In this document: positions 13,036-27,222 of the stretch, one piece after another
Numbering within the stretch: the stretch's first letter is position 1
Layout: each line of letters opens with the position of its first letter
Source of the DNA: Camelus dromedarius
Lineage: Eukaryota
NCBI RefSeq assembly: GCF_036321535.1
Contig: NC_087437.1
Span: 97,590,001 to 97,654,000, forward strand
Direction of reading: 5' to 3'
DNA length: 64,000 nucleotides
Translations under genes and position numbers: made by a program
Notes under the pieces: generated by a model
Seen by the model: the letters and a program-made list of their open reading frames with translations, nothing else
What the model was told of the DNA's origin: nothing
Database searches by the model: none

Positions 13036-14739
13036 TACATTATAAACAATTTCTATTATTAAGAGGAGGAAAGGAAAATATGGCATAAGTTTTCGTTTTG
13101 CTTTTAAAAAAGGAGAAATTTAAAATTGTTTCAATACTATGAGAGTGAGAATAGTTGAAGATAAAGAGGAAGGAGAAAATCTAAAAAATACATACTAACC
13201 TGTGAATCCTGTGGACATTAATAAAATCCGCAGTATTGACAGAATACCATCAAAGAATTTGGCTTAAATATGTCATTGTTGCAACACATGAAATGACTAT
13301 TGATTCCAGTATCTATTGCCCTAATTGACCATCTCTCTGATCAGGCATGTATATATCACCCTGGTCACCACAATTAAATAAGACATTGATATGTATTTCT
13401 TGCATGTATTTCTTGGAAAATCACATGAAACTTATATCTGAAGTTTTTTTTGTTCAAGGTTCTGGATATCTCTTGGCTTTTAAAAACTTTTTAAACTGTT
13501 CAACACATTCTAATTGAGTATTTTCTGCATGCCAGGAATATTTCTAAGTGCTGGAGATATTTCAAGTCAACATTATTTCAAAGCAATTATGAGATCCTAA
13601 ATATTGTTTTCATTAACATCCATCTACAATTGCTATTCGGAATGACTACTTAACTCAAGTGATTCTTTATAGTCTTTGCCATCCTGCTTGTGTTAACTCT
13701 AATAATTCATTTAGAGAGGCTAAAAATAAGCTTGTTTTTTAATGCCTGGTGACTAAGATAACAGAAAATACAAGATTCTTTCATCACCTTAGTTGTATTA
13801 TTTCTGCTTGTGTGTCTTTTTGCCAATAAAACAAGTTATTAGAATAAAGAAGTATGTCATCCATGTAGTAAGGAATACACATATACAGACACATAAAATC
13901 CGCTAAATCTGAGTGCCATGTATTTCTCTATAATTTAGATGTGAATTTAATTATTATAGTTACTTTATATCCTTTTTGGGACTAACACATAAAATAAACC
14001 AAGAGACACCTAAAATTATTTGAAAAGATGGTTCACTTAGCCCCAGTCATTAAAAAAGCAATGACTTATGCACTTTGAGTAGTCAAGTCAAAATCTGTGA
14101 ACTGAATTCACTTCTATACACAGGAAAACTCTGCAAGTAACTGAGATTTTTCTCAATATTGGCATATAGACAATTCTAAAAAAGTCCTGGGATAAGAACG
14201 ATCTCAAGCTGGCAGTATATACTGGCATGTGCCTCATCCTGCTGACAGTCAATTCATTTTGAGATTCTTATAAAAAAGAGGAAAAAAAAGGATAGTTTAA
14301 CAGGTTCCAAGTTTAAATAATTATATTGTTACATTCCTTCAAAGAAAAGTTAAGACATTATTTTTGAGTAAAAATTTTACTTATTATTTCTTCCCTCTTT
14401 CTTCCAGCTTCTCAAATGGCAAAAGCATACAGGATGTAATAAATACACACACACATCCCACAGAGATCAGACGTGAGCCTGTGTGCCACAGTCCAGTGAT
14501 GGTGAGCGAAGTGTGGATAAGAAGAATCATCCGTAGAGCCATGAGGTCATATATATTTGATAATACCTAACTCTAAAAACTCAACAAGATAAGAAGATAA
14601 AAGCTACTAGATAGGAAAATGCTGATTCCTCTGTTTTCCTTCAATTAGAAAGTGTACAGTAGAAAATTGTTTTCTAATAAAGTTGCTTTTATCATTTGAA
14701 GAAGGAGAAATGGAAGATCTCAGGATTAGAAAAGAGGTA

Positions 14740-14925
14740 CTAATATTTGAGTGTTTTGCATTTTATATAATTTATATCATTTAAATTATCTCATTTAAAC
14801 AGTACATAAGACTGGTGTTCCCATGTCTATTTTTCATTTGAGAAAACCAAGGTTCTGAGACTTCACTTACACCATACTGGGTAGTGGTTGAGATATAAGT
14901 TCTCAGAATTTTAAGCCTGGTCTAC
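14740..14925 (-). mobile_element. MIR SINE
   Basis: attatctcatttaa...tttttcatttgagaaaaccaaggttctgaga. Confidence 0.6.
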
Positions 14926-14959
14926 TTCGTTAAATCTTAAATCTTTTAAATCAGGTGCC

Positions 14960-15263
14960 AGGAAGGAGGGTGTAGCTCAGTGGTAGAGCTCATGCTTAGC
15001 ATGCATGAGGTCTTGGGTTCAATACCCAGCACCTCTGTTAAAAATAAATAAATGAATAAATAAATAAACCTAAACACCCCCCTGCCAAAATAATTTTTAA
15101 AGCTATTTTAGAAAAGAACTTACTTAGAGGGAAATTGAGGTCTAAAAAGAATAGTGGAAGGTAATGAAAAAGAATAAGTATATATACACACAACTGAATC
15201 ACTATGCTGTACATCAGAAACTAATAAACATTATAAATCAACTATGCTTCAATAAAAATTATT
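14960..15263 (+). mobile_element. tRNA-Ala-derived camelid-type SINE (vic-1-like) joined to an L1-like 3' tail
   Basis: Head ggagggtgtagctcagtggtagag (A box)...gggttcaataccc (B box), then (aaat)n-aaacctaaacacccccc, then an L1 3'-terminal segment ending aataaaa. Flanked by ttttaaatcaggtgcc (14944-14959) and ttttaaatcacatgcc (15264-15279). Confidence 0.85.
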
Positions 15264-15859
15264 TTTTAAATCACATGCCTTAGTTACCCTCCCTCTTTGG
15301 TAAAATGGAAAACTTTTAGGAAATATTTTCATGTAGTCTAAAGCATTTATATCTCATTAAGATATATACTACACTAACAGAAATTAGCAGGAAAAAAAAC
15401 TGCTGCATAAAGTTAATGAGTGCGATTAGTTTTGTTTGGAGTGGTCAAAAGACTCACAATCAAATGGATATCCACAATTAGGCCAATCATATGGGCAAGA
15501 GATCCCTGTGCATATTATATATATAATTGTTACTTTTGTGACCTTTATAAAGGACTTAATGGATCTCCTAAACTCAGTACCCAACTATGCCAGCATCATT
15601 TTTAGGTGTTTGTTTATTATTCTTCTTCATTTGTTTTATCAAGTATTATAATAATTTCTTAAAGAGAGCTTCAAGAATTGAAAGAAACTCAGAAAACGGT
15701 CAACCACTTTCTATTCTAATTTTTCTAATTTAAATACAGAATGAAATGATGCTGCACCAGCTGGCCCCTTGTAAACATTAAACCTACCACTTTGACCTTC
15801 TCTCCCACTCTCTTTCTCTCTACTTCCCAGACCTTCATTCTTTGACCCCAAAAGTCCCT

Positions 15860-16085
15860 GACATACTTTATATCCTCCATAGTTTTTTCTCATAGTGCTG
15901 TTTTCCTTCCCAAGAACTTGTCCCATTTATAATTATACAGTTTAGGAATTTTTGCTTTATTGTCTGTTTCTTCACTAAAGTGTTAAGTTCCATAAACGCA
16001 GATCTGACTTAATACAATATAGCCTATGCTTATAAGTGTTCGTCTATAATAGTAGTGATAAGCATTTGTTGAATAAATGAAGGAA
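15860..16085 (+). mobile_element. L2 3' end
   Basis: tttattgtctgtttc...taagttccat...atttgttgaataaatgaa terminus. Confidence 0.7.
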
Positions 16086-17727
16086 TTAGTAAGTTACTTA
16101 ATAAACAATAGAGTTTTTTGTGTTTACTAAAAATGTGAATGAGATCCTGGGCTAGGACATGACAATCACACTGCATAAAAATCACAATAAAAATATAGGG
16201 TTTGTAGTAATAAAGTACTAAAACTGGTCTACAGTCTAATTTCTAAATTTAAAAAATGCTTATGTTCAGTAATAGGGTGTCATATTTTCTGACCTTTGTT
16301 GCTCTCTATCAGGTTGACACATGCAAGCCACTGATGCAACGTTTTTTATTCTTTTTGTCTTGAACTTGCATGTAAAGTAAAATCCTTATATTTCTATTAA
16401 TAAATTCTCTTATAAATGATTACAAATTTGAAAATGAGCAAATCTGTTATGTAAATAAGATTAAAGTGTTAAGCAGAGATTCCCTTTGTGAACTATATAA
16501 ACTGAACAAACTTGTATCTAACAATTCAGCAAGAAAAGTAGTATTAAACTTCGTGCAAATGTAGCTAGAGATCCAAGATGAGGAGTTATAGGGAGAAAGG
16601 CGAATATCGAATGCAATCATTTATCTCAAGTTTCTCTTCAAAGATAGAATAAAAATCCCTTTTTACCAATTTTTTTCCAAGTAGACTGTACTTTTAAGAA
16701 CACAGCAATAAAATAATCAGTATCACCATGTCACACTAACTTATACACACATTCTGATGACCTTTTATTTTGCATTTGATTTTGAGTAGCAATCCTCTAA
16801 TTCTATTTGGAAAGGTAAGAAATTTCATATAAACTATAAGAGCAGAATATCCTATGTCCTGACAAGCTCTATTCTTAGTAGTATTGACAGAAATATTGAC
16901 AGAAAAAACAACTCTATTGGGGAAGATTTTAATAAGATTATAGACAGCAATCAAACAGTTATTGCCTTAAAGATCAGGTGGCTTTCTATCTGCACACTAA
17001 GTAGCTTGAATTTGTAAAATAAAAACCACTTAATGATACTGACTTTAACATGGACACTAAAGTTAAAAAACTTTCTACTTAAGAGTTTATGCAGGAAATT
17101 ATGTAGGCAGCTTAGTATACAAAATTGTCCTTCCATATTTTATTAAATTATTTAATTATACTAAGGGAAACATCACTAACAGAAACCAATTATGTTTTAA
17201 GCTTTGTTTTTCTTCTAAAAATGAATCTTATAAAAACTGATAAGGTTATTAGAATAGGAATTTCAATGATAAAAACAAAGAAACTAAATTAAAAATTTAT
17301 ATATATATATATATACATACACATATATAATTACCTGTAATTTTATTTAAATATGCTCCATTTAAAAATATTTTAGTAAAAGCACTACTTTTCTTTCAAA
17401 TAAGGTTATGAGTTAATTGTCACGTTTATGTGTAGATAGGAATACCAATTAAGATAAACAACTCCATCATAAAATAAATTATATATAGGGAAATGAAAAC
17501 TTAAAGCTTCGTAGGATTACTAAGTAAACTGAAAACTGAATAATATCCTCCATTTTATAGCCTAAAATAAGATCAAGGCCATGATATCAACTAGAGCTAT
17601 AACTGTAAAGAAAAGGGAAAAAAAAACTATTTTCTCAGAAAGACTCAAAATATATTGTCCAACTTTTTTTTTCCCTAAGCAGGGGGCCAATGCTAGTGAG
17701 CGTCACTGGTGGTAAATAAAAGATCTG

Positions 17728-17990
17728 CCATTCACTATGAATTCAAACAACTGATATTAATTGAGTGACTGTTAGTTTCAGTCATTGTTCTTTAAGCAAA
17801 TAAGACAAGAATACTTGTCCACATGAAGCTTATACTGTTGTCATTTTACATTTGCCTGGAAGACACTAATATTGATTGAGAACCTACAATGTACTAGGCA
17901 CCCTGTTAAGTATGAGCACATAGGATACAGTGTGATGGATTCTAGGATAGGCAAACACTAAGTCAGAGCAACAGTTCTTGACCTAGGAGT
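17728..17990 (-). mobile_element. L2 3'-end fragments
   Basis: attcaaacaa...attgagtgact...catgaagcttata and attgagaacctacaatgtactaggcac...ggatacagtg. Confidence 0.55.
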
Positions 17991-19949
17991 GCTGCAAACT
18001 TTATTATATACTAATCCTTCCTAAGATATCATATCATAGCTCATCTTATAGATGATAAAAGCTGTTTCAGGCAGTTAGGGAAGGGCACAGTGAGGGTGCA
18101 TGGTTCAAAACAGAAGACAAAATTGTTTTGTTGTCAGCTTGTGCTCTCAACTCCTACAAACATCACCTCCAACACTGAGAACCTAAGTCAGATTTGAATT
18201 GCCAGCAAACAGTAGTCTCATAAACCCAAAATATTAACAACAATGAAGTTTATGGAGCCCACTCTGAGTGAAAACAACATATTCACAAGCATCATCTTTT
18301 ATGACATTAACAACATTAAGATTATTCCTTTTCTGAAAAAGTAAGAAATGGAAGTCTGGAATGGGGTTACAGCGACATTAAAATCCTCCCAGACCCATCT
18401 GTACAAACTATTTTTCTTGCAAAGTAATTCATATTCTACTCAGAGTCTTATTGTAAAATGAATTCTGTAATTCAATTAAACACTTATCTTGAAAACAAGA
18501 GCATAAGTGGAAATTCCTCACTGGCATTCATGCAAATAACGACGTTAAAGCTACATCTCATCTCTTGTTGTAGATACTGAGTGTCAGCTATAGCTACTGC
18601 TACGTTATACATTACATTGACAGAACCATGAAATGAATTTGTTTCCATTTGTACCAGCAAAAAACTAAATAGGGAGAAGGCAAAATGGTGAATTCATGGT
18701 ATTTCTTTAGTATTTCCTTCTGCTAAAGTCATGCCATAGCATTCCTCTCTTTAACTTGGAGTGGTTCTAGGCTTTCTTAATTTTTGAACATCTAACTGCT
18801 TTGCCTGAACAATAACAAAAATAAAATGGACAACTGATACTTTTTTAAAAATTCACATATATCCTTATATTAAATTTTGTATACATCTACATTATTGCAT
18901 AGGATACCTGGATTTCTTATAGAACATTAGCCCTGTAATATTCTTCATAAATGCTTGGAAAATACTCGGTAAAAAATATTAAATATGGTCTTTTTAGCAG
19001 TTCTTGGAGCTTTACTCTCCACAGCAGATGCTGAAATTCATAGCAGTGATAGTACACAATCCTCCCTAAATTTATCTAGCTGTCTTAGAAAACTGTGGGC
19101 TGCAGAGAGAAGACATACATTAAATGTAGTTTTGGAACATCTCTGCTAAAGTTTGAGGAGAAAATGGAGGAGAGTTACACAGGTTTTCCCTTGTCCTTAA
19201 TATTTTAAATGACAGTGAATCATGAATCTGGCTGAAGGGATGGGTGATTACTGGTTAAAGAGGAGACACACTGGCTGCCTCGCCTTCTTTATGTTTCTGC
19301 TCTGTGTCTTATAAAATGAAAATACAGGCATTCTCTTCCTCCACATCCAATCCTTGGTCTTGTAGCACAAAGGGATACAATAAAGCTCTAGCCTCAAGGT
19401 TGTATCAAGCAACCCTGAAAGTGGTGGGGCTGGGGAGGCCTGAGGAATAGAAAATGGACATGCCTCAAATGGAGCAAAGACCAAAGAAGGGAGCTCAGAC
19501 ATGGTGAATACATTCAGCATCTTTCTCTGACACCCAGCAAGTCAAGTGGCACATGATTTCCTCTTAAGACATGCTTCCTTTACGTTGACCACATGAACAG
19601 AGAAGAGTATAGGAAAGTAGGGGGGAGAAAATTGTATTTGTCAAGGACTTGGCATTAAGAAATCCACGTAAATGATGCCAGTGATTGTACTAGAGAAACA
19701 GCAATGGAGAAATGTAAAAGCCAGAAGACACATGTGGTTAAATAAAAAAGACTACAAAATGGTTTCTCATCTTTGGCTAATTACATGTTGGTTTAATAAC
19801 AATGATACAGATCAGACTCAAGGTGATTTGATGACTGTCATAAGGCATTTCACTGCAAAAAATAATTACTATATGTGTCACTTACACTGTTAGGTAACCT
19901 GTTCCTGAACTGAAAATAAGGAACTAACAAATAGAACCAGAATCTGAGT

Positions 19950-19984
19950 CTTTTTTTTGTTTGTTTTTTCCATCTTATTTTGTT

Positions 19985-20015
<31 letters not shown>
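19950..20015. repeat. T-rich / (GTTTT)n simple repeat
   Basis: Directly visible. Confidence 0.9.
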
Positions 20016-20149
20016 GAATGTGAAGCTTTTAGACTCTGTGACTGTTTCAAGGACTCCTAAGTAGTGTTTGTCTGAATATCAAATTATCTTAAATGGTAGA
20101 AAGCTTTCTACATTTTGAGGCTTAGAATCTTTCTAAGAAATAACTGATG

Positions 20150-21290
20150 TTACACTTAAAGTAAAAAATTTTATTCTCTGCAAAAGACACTTAAGACACT
20201 AAAAAGACAAAAAACATACTGGGAATAAAAATCTTTCAAAATACATATCAGATGAAAGACTGCTATCTAAAATATACAAAGAACTCTTTTAAAACTTAGC
20301 TGGATGTAAAAAAAAAATTCACTTAAAAAAGTAAGCAAAAAGTCTAAACATCCACCTCACCAAAGAAGACAGGTATCAAACACATTGGAAAAATGCTGAA
20401 GATCATGTGCTATCAGGAAAATGTAAATTAAAACAATAATGCAGTACCACAAAACACCCACTAGAATGGCCAAAATCTGGAACACTGACAACACCAAATG
20501 CTGGTGAGGATGTGGATCAACAAAAACTCTCATTCATTGCGGGTGGGTACATCCACTTTGGAAGACAGTTTGGCTACTTCTTACAAAGCTAAACATTTCT
20601 TACTGCATGATCCAACAATTACAGTTTCTGGTAATCGAACTGAAAACCATTCAACTTGTATCTACACAAAAACTTGCCTGTGAATATTTATAGCAACTTT
20701 ATTCATAATTGCCCAAACTTGGAAGCGTATATCCATTCAGTAAGTGAATGGATAAACAAACTTTGGTACATCAGACAATGGTATATAATTCAGTGCCAAA
20801 AAGAAATGACCTATCAAGTTATGAAAAGACATGAAGGAAATTTAAGTGCATATTACTAAGCAAAAGAAGCCAATCTGAAGAGGTTGCTGTATGTTTTCAA
20901 CATACGACATTCTGGAAAACACAAAATTATGGAGATAAAAAAAATCCTTGGTTAGCAGGGATTGGGGGAGAGGGTAGAAAGGATGAATAGACATAGCACA
21001 GAGGATTTTTAGGGCAGAGATACAATTATTTTGTATGAAACTGTAGTGGTGAGTACATCTCATACATTTATCAAAACCTATAGAATGTGAAATACAAACA
21101 GTGATCATTAATATAAACTACGGATTTTATATGGACAATGTGTAAATACTGGGCCACTTGTAACAAATGTATCACACAAGCAGGATGTCAGAAACAGGAG
21201 ATACTGAGGTAGGGGTAAAGGGTATACGGGAACTCTGTGCTTTTCACTCAAATTTTTTCTGTCAATCTAAAACTGCTTTAAAAATACTCT
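20150..21290 (+). mobile_element. Old L1 (L1MC/MD-like), ORF2 C-terminus remnant plus 3' UTR
   Basis: ctagaatggccaaaat...caaatgctggtgaggatgtgga...ccactttggaagacagtttggc...gaatggataaacaaact; ends ttttctgtcaatctaaaactgctttaaaaa. Confidence 0.85.
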
Positions 21291-21404
21291 ACTGAAAGAT
21301 GTAGGGCAGATTTTTCCACCTAATTTTAAAAACTGACACAAATCAGAAGCACCGCTGATTTCTAACATATTATATTTAAGAAGAAAAACAGCACTCTGAT
21401 GATG

Positions 21405-21614
21405 TAAAGGACTCTACACACTCTGGGCCCACAGACCAAATCTGATTCATGGTGCATTTCATTCGCCTGAGAGCTAAGAATGGTTTTCACAGTTTTACAA
21501 AGTTGAAAGAAGGAGGAAGAAGAGGAAGAAAAAGAGACAGTGAGAGACATATGGTCAGCAAAGCCTAAAATATAAATTATCTGGTCCTTTACAGAAAAAA
21601 GTTTGCCAGTCCTA
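21405..21614 (-). mobile_element. MER58 (MER58C-like) hAT-Charlie element
   Basis: gagctaagaatggtttt...gcaaagcctaaaat...tatctggtcctttacagaaaaaagtttgcca is diagnostic of MER58. Confidence 0.8.
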
Positions 21615-24590
21615 ACAAAAATTATGTACATCTTACCAAAAAAGACTACTCATTTCCCATCAATTCAGAATTAAGAGACATATATATATATATATATCTT
21701 TCTTCTATTTAGTATGGTGTGTCTCCTAATAAGATTTCTCAGAAATATGTTCTCAGTCTACCCACAAAACACATTGGAATAGAACTACATCATAAATAGA
21801 ATTCAGATTCTATTTACATCTTCATAATTTTCTAATAATTATTTATTAAGATATGATCTCATACATGTGATACTTGATTTTTTTCAGCATGGTGAACACA
21901 TTTTTTCCTTCTATGTGTTCTAAATTAAGTATATATATGTGTATGTATGTGGGGAGGGTGGAGAGAAAAGAGAGGGACTGAATAGCCTGTAAGAGAAATC
22001 CAACCTCTAATTGTTGGATTTCCAGCACAATCCAACTGAATTGCTGTTTCTTGTTTTATTCTCCCTTTCTTTGCAAAAATGAGAACTAGTTTTACAAAGG
22101 GAACTACCAATTTTAGAGTGAAAATTTAAATTTGAGGGAGAACTCTGAATGCAGGAATACTATGATTTAGAAATTGTACATCAATTTTCTCAAATTCTGT
22201 TGTGATGAAGCCACTAGCACAGCATCCTAGCTGGCATTTAATGTAGCTTCAGCATTAAAACTCCTTCTCAGGGACAAGCCATTTGTTTATAAATGATTTA
22301 GCATATAAAAATGATTAACTGTGAGAACAAATGCATTGTACATGAAGTTCAGACTTCAAATGAATTCAAGTTATACAAAAACAACTATAACCTATAATGG
22401 ATTCAAAAAGCTTTCAGAAGAGTCAGCTTTAGTATGTGAACAACAACTAGAATGTATTTTTCTGATGGTTTGTCACAGAAACGTTTTCCAGTCCAGTGAG
22501 GGAGTGCTCATACAGTACAATATGTATTCAACGTTGACATGAAAAGTTGGATGAAATAAAACCCATGTTATTCAGAAAGGGGCCATTTTTTAGAACACTA
22601 AAGTTAAATCTTAGTTTCTGCATTTTTTAAGGTGCTGTAACATTGAAGAGAAAAAGAAAAACAAACCTTTCCACCTGTCCATGCTGAGTGGATATTTCAA
22701 TCTATGTCAAAGCAAAAATCAGCAGACATCATGTCCTTGAAGCTTTTTATGTGGTGACATGCTAAATCAGTATCTCCAAAAGAGATCTCTGAGGAGCTAC
22801 AGGGAAAAGGTACATATGGAATGCTTCTGAGATAAATGCACACATAAAATGGGAAAGAACATCTATGTATTTGCAAGAAAAGTAACAGTTATTAGAAACT
22901 AAGAAAATTTCCAAAATGAAAGACTCCTCAAAGAAAGCATACCAAAGAAAGGCAGATCAGGAATGGATATGGGATGAGGCAGAAATGGTGAGTGACACAC
23001 TGACATGTTAAGAAAACAAATCTCCAAAGATAGTGTGTAATTATTTCAGTAAAGAGAAGTAAATATGCTTGCACCATGAAAGATGACTTGAAATTGATTC
23101 AGTTATTCAAATGGAAACAAGTAACACTTGGCTTTTTCTTCTGATGTGGTATTTTAGATACAAAAATATAAAAATATTATCTTTGTGTACGAGTTATACA
23201 TTTATCATTCCAATCTTCATGGTACATTATACCAAAATAAACATTAATCATTTAAAAAACAACAATAAGGGCTATAAATACCATATGATAATAAATAATC
23301 TTACAGATGTTGCCTAGACATTAATCTTCACTATAAGGGTTAGATTTGAAGGTGTTTGTAGACAGCTAAAGTTTGTTTCCATAACATAACTCAGTAGCTA
23401 GGCAGTATGATGAAAAAAGGGATATTCAAATTAGACAATACAGTATATTCAAAATAGAAGAACTTGTTTAATTACTTGAGTATAAATGTTATTACATCTT
23501 TGAAGAACATTATGAAATTTCAGGCCTCATGGAGAGGCCATACTCAAGTAAGGGTGATGTGGTAATTACCACACAGTAAGATGGCTCTGTTATGAGACTA
23601 GCACATCTTCCTGAATGTGTTACAGGGAAGGTCCAAGCAGGGAGAGCTAGACTCCACGAGAAGATCCATGGAGACTGCAGATGGAAGGACACATCTGTAC
23701 TAAATTATGGATTTGCATGGGGCTATGGCAACACTTCCTGTATGTGCATAAATAATGAAGGTATAAAAACATAAAGTGTCAGAAAATATTTCAGTAGCAT
23801 TAGAGTCATGATTGGTGTTCTGTTCACCATGAAAGTTCAGAAAAAATTTTTTTCTGGCCCTACTCCATATTTATTATGCCACAATCTCCAGGGGTTAAAT
23901 TCACAAATCTGAGTTTAAAAAAAAAAAAAAAAACAGAGATTTTCTTATTTTGACTACCTACATATCCTACACAGTGAGAAGACTGATAAAATTTTACTAA
24001 ATATAATAACTAGGCTCTTATCCCATTCACTCTTAAGACTATTCCACATGGATTTTGTACCAAACCTCCCCTTGCTAAGGTTACCTGGGGTCTTCACTTA
24101 GACCAATGGGCAATTCCTCAAACACACTGGCTTCTTCATCCTGGCTGCATGTATATCCGGAGTGAACATCTCTCATCAGATAAGATTTCTTTTCCCCTCT
24201 TCAGAATGCTTTAATGACTTCCTTTTTTTAAAAGGTCATTTTAAAAAGCCTAAAGTATTTGGTTTCTCCCCTCCTTACATCTCCAGCCAGATCTAATGTC
24301 ATCCTCCCATTTGCTTTCGTTGTTCAAACTACATTAGCCTCAGTTCCTCAACCACAGCTCCCTTCCTGCCGAGGTTCCTTGTATGATGGAAAGAATGGTT
24401 TGATGATACTGTCTTTTTAACTCCCAAAGTTTTCACTGACCATGTTGATAATCAAATCGTTGTTTTAAAGTCTTACCATCTATTATACCCAGGCTTAAAT
24501 TCTCTACCTTGAACGCTCTAGTTGACATAATTGTAATTTCCACAATTATGCTACACACTTCTTTATCAAGATTTTCCTCCCTAAACAAAC

Positions 24591-24825
24591 CAATGGTCAG
24601 CAAAATTTTGGGTAAAGAGCCAGAGAACAAATATTGTGAGCTTTGTGGGCCAAAAGGCAAATTTGAACAACTGTCCTTGACAAGAGACAGATAGCCTTTT
24701 GTATATACTGTATATCTTACATGCTACACTTAAAATATTTTTAAAAAATATTTACAGCTCTTGAGCCGCAGAAAACCAGACAGCAGAACAGATATGACTC
24801 ATGGGCTGTAGTTTACCAATGGCTG
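24591..24825 (+). mobile_element. MER58-family element inserted in an L2
   Basis: ggtcagcaaa...gtaaagagccag...aaatatt...gctttgtgggcca...catgggctgtagtttacc. Confidence 0.7.
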
Positions 24826-24859
24826 ACCTAGACACATGACTTGAAGCATGATCTCTAGG

Positions 24860-25850
24860 CCTATGATTTTTAAACATACATTTCTTGCCAAGTTATATTC
24901 TTGATGCCTACTTGATACTTATGCTTAAATTCTAACAGGCATCTCAATTTAATATAGGAAAAAAAAGTACAATCAATTACACACATGTACCTACCTATAC
25001 CTCTGCCACCTGGAATATACCCCATGTCATCAAACTTTCTCCATCCCAATAAAAGAGCATAACCTCCTATGTCCCTAAATCTAAATATTTTGTGTGATTC
25101 TTGGTCAGTAAATCCTATCAGCTCTACCTTCAAAACAATTTCTAATCTCAACAAATTTTCCCCAACTTTATTGCTACAATCACAATCTCAACCACCACCA
25201 TCCTTCACTGGACAGGTGCAACCGTCAGCTGAATGGTCCCTCTTTGTCCACTATTTTACCTCTTCCCAATAGTACCCCCTCTATACTGTAGATAGAAGAA
25301 ACTGTGTAAGAGTCAATCAAATCATAATCACATCTCTACCTTTAACCTTTCAATATATTTATTTTGTATCTAAACATTTCCTACAAAATCCTAACTTTTC
25401 TAGTCCCTTGAGAATTCCTGTCCTCATGTCTCTTCCATGCTCTTCCTTCATTTCAGCCAAACTGGCCTTCTTTTCAAGAAAATACCAAGCTTATTTCTAT
25501 TTCAGAACCTTTACATGTGCTATTCCTTTGGCTCAGAACACCCTGTATCTTTTGAAGTACCTGCCTCTTTCTCTTCATTCCAATCTCATCTGAAATATCA
25601 CCTTCTCAGAAAGAGAATTTCTTGGCCTCCCTATAGCTAAATCAGCACCTTCCCACTTACCAGCTCTACTTAACCACATTATCACATCTAATCTTCACAG
25701 TAGCAAGCTCTTCATAGCCCAGCATAACACTGATTTGATTATGTATTTGTGTGTCTTCTTCCTCTTTCCCTCCGTGCTATAACCACCTGTGCCTCTTCCC
25801 TCTTCATTGCTGTATCCCCAGTGCCTGGCATAGAGTAGGCACTCTCTCTC
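24860..25850 (+). mobile_element. L2 (L2a-like) 3' portion
   Basis: tctaacaggcatctcaa...aaatcctatcagctctaccttcaaaa...ttcattgctgtatccccagtgcctggcatagagtaggcactc. Confidence 0.8.
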
Positions 25851-26679
25851 TCTAACTATCCTTTGATAGCCTTGTTGACTACTATACATATGCTAATCCT
25901 TCTGAGTACCTTTTGCTATACTTTTTCTTCTCCTTCTCTGTATTTGTTTCCCTTATTATCTGTCTTCTGGCTTTCTACTCAATTTCAAAATGTGTATCAT
26001 TTTATCCTCAGAATTTCTTCTTTTATTACATCATGAGAGATTAGCTTCCTCAAAACCATTATTTGGACCAAAAAAAAAAAAAAAAAAAGGCATAAAGTGA
26101 GACAAAATAGAGTGTTTGCTTGGTAAGGAAACACCTTCCTACCTGAAGGACAATTCCACCAGGAAACAAAACAAAAGCATTGCTGGGTATTCCTGGTTCC
26201 TAGATTTGAAGCCAGTTAAGTTTTCCCACGTTCAAGCACCCCTGACCATAGAGAAGACAGACATATACTTAAGGCTATTAACTCATTACAACTGTTTACA
26301 TTTAGGTTCCAAAAACACAACTTAATATGATTTTGATTGACATGATAGTAATTCAAAAGCAGTTTTATTAACATTTTCCAACAGAACAAATGCTCTTTCT
26401 AATTAACACCTTCAATTAAATACCTAAATCTGATGAAGAATTAGTTAGGCATTATGCTAAATTTGCATTGGTCCACTATTCTAGAAAGCTTTCAAATTAA
26501 TTTAAAGAGATACTCAGTAAAGAAAAAGAGAAAGATAAAAGCTTGTTTTAATCAGTATAAAATAAAATTTAACATTATGTTAATACACTAGTTTTTAGTT
26601 GACTGCAAGAGCAATAAAGTGATACTGCTGACTCCTAAGTGTTGACCATTGTATAGTCTGAAAGTGAATTACCAAAAGA

Positions 26680-27222
26680 CATCTCAGAATCCTCCAATAG
26701 CTTCCCACTTCACTCCAAACAAAAGCCATACTCACTACAACTGCATGTAAGACTCTACATATCTGCATCCTTCCCTCATGCTATTCATTACCTCCTCTCC
26801 TACTCCCCGCCACGTAGTTTATTTGCTGTTCCTACATAACACCAGGCATGATCCCGCTCAAGATTTATACCTTTGTTGCACCCTTGCAAGGAATGTTCTT
26901 GCCCCAAATGTGTGTGTGGCTCGGGCTCTCATCACTTTGGGCTCTCAACTGCCATTTTCTGAGGTCATTCCGGACTATCCAATTACCTTCTCACAATTAT
27001 CTGATCTCCATTACAGCATTATTTTTCACCATCTCACTTGCTATACATTACATATTTACATTGCTCACTCTCTGCTGTCTGCCTCCCCGCGCTGGAACGC
27101 AAGTTCTATGATGGCAGGGCTCTTTGTCAATTTTCTTAACTGCTCTAACATTAGCATCCAGAATAGTTACTGGCCCGTAAGTATTTCATAAAATTTTGTT
27201 GAATAGATGAATATGCATGATG
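26680..27222 (+). mobile_element. L2a 3' end
   Basis: cctccaatagcttccca...ttgctgttcct...tgtctgcctcccc...gatggcaggg...tttgttgaatagatgaat. Confidence 0.8.

Noticed and set aside
14966..15037. tRNA-Ala(AGC)-like cloverleaf
   Set aside because: The acceptor stem has an A-C mismatch and two G-U pairs. It is followed by an (AAAT)n tail rather than an oligo-T terminator and is enclosed by TSDs, so it is a SINE head rather than a tRNA gene.
26778..27191. 137-aa ORF
   Set aside because: It lies wholly within an L2 3' end and shows no coding signature.
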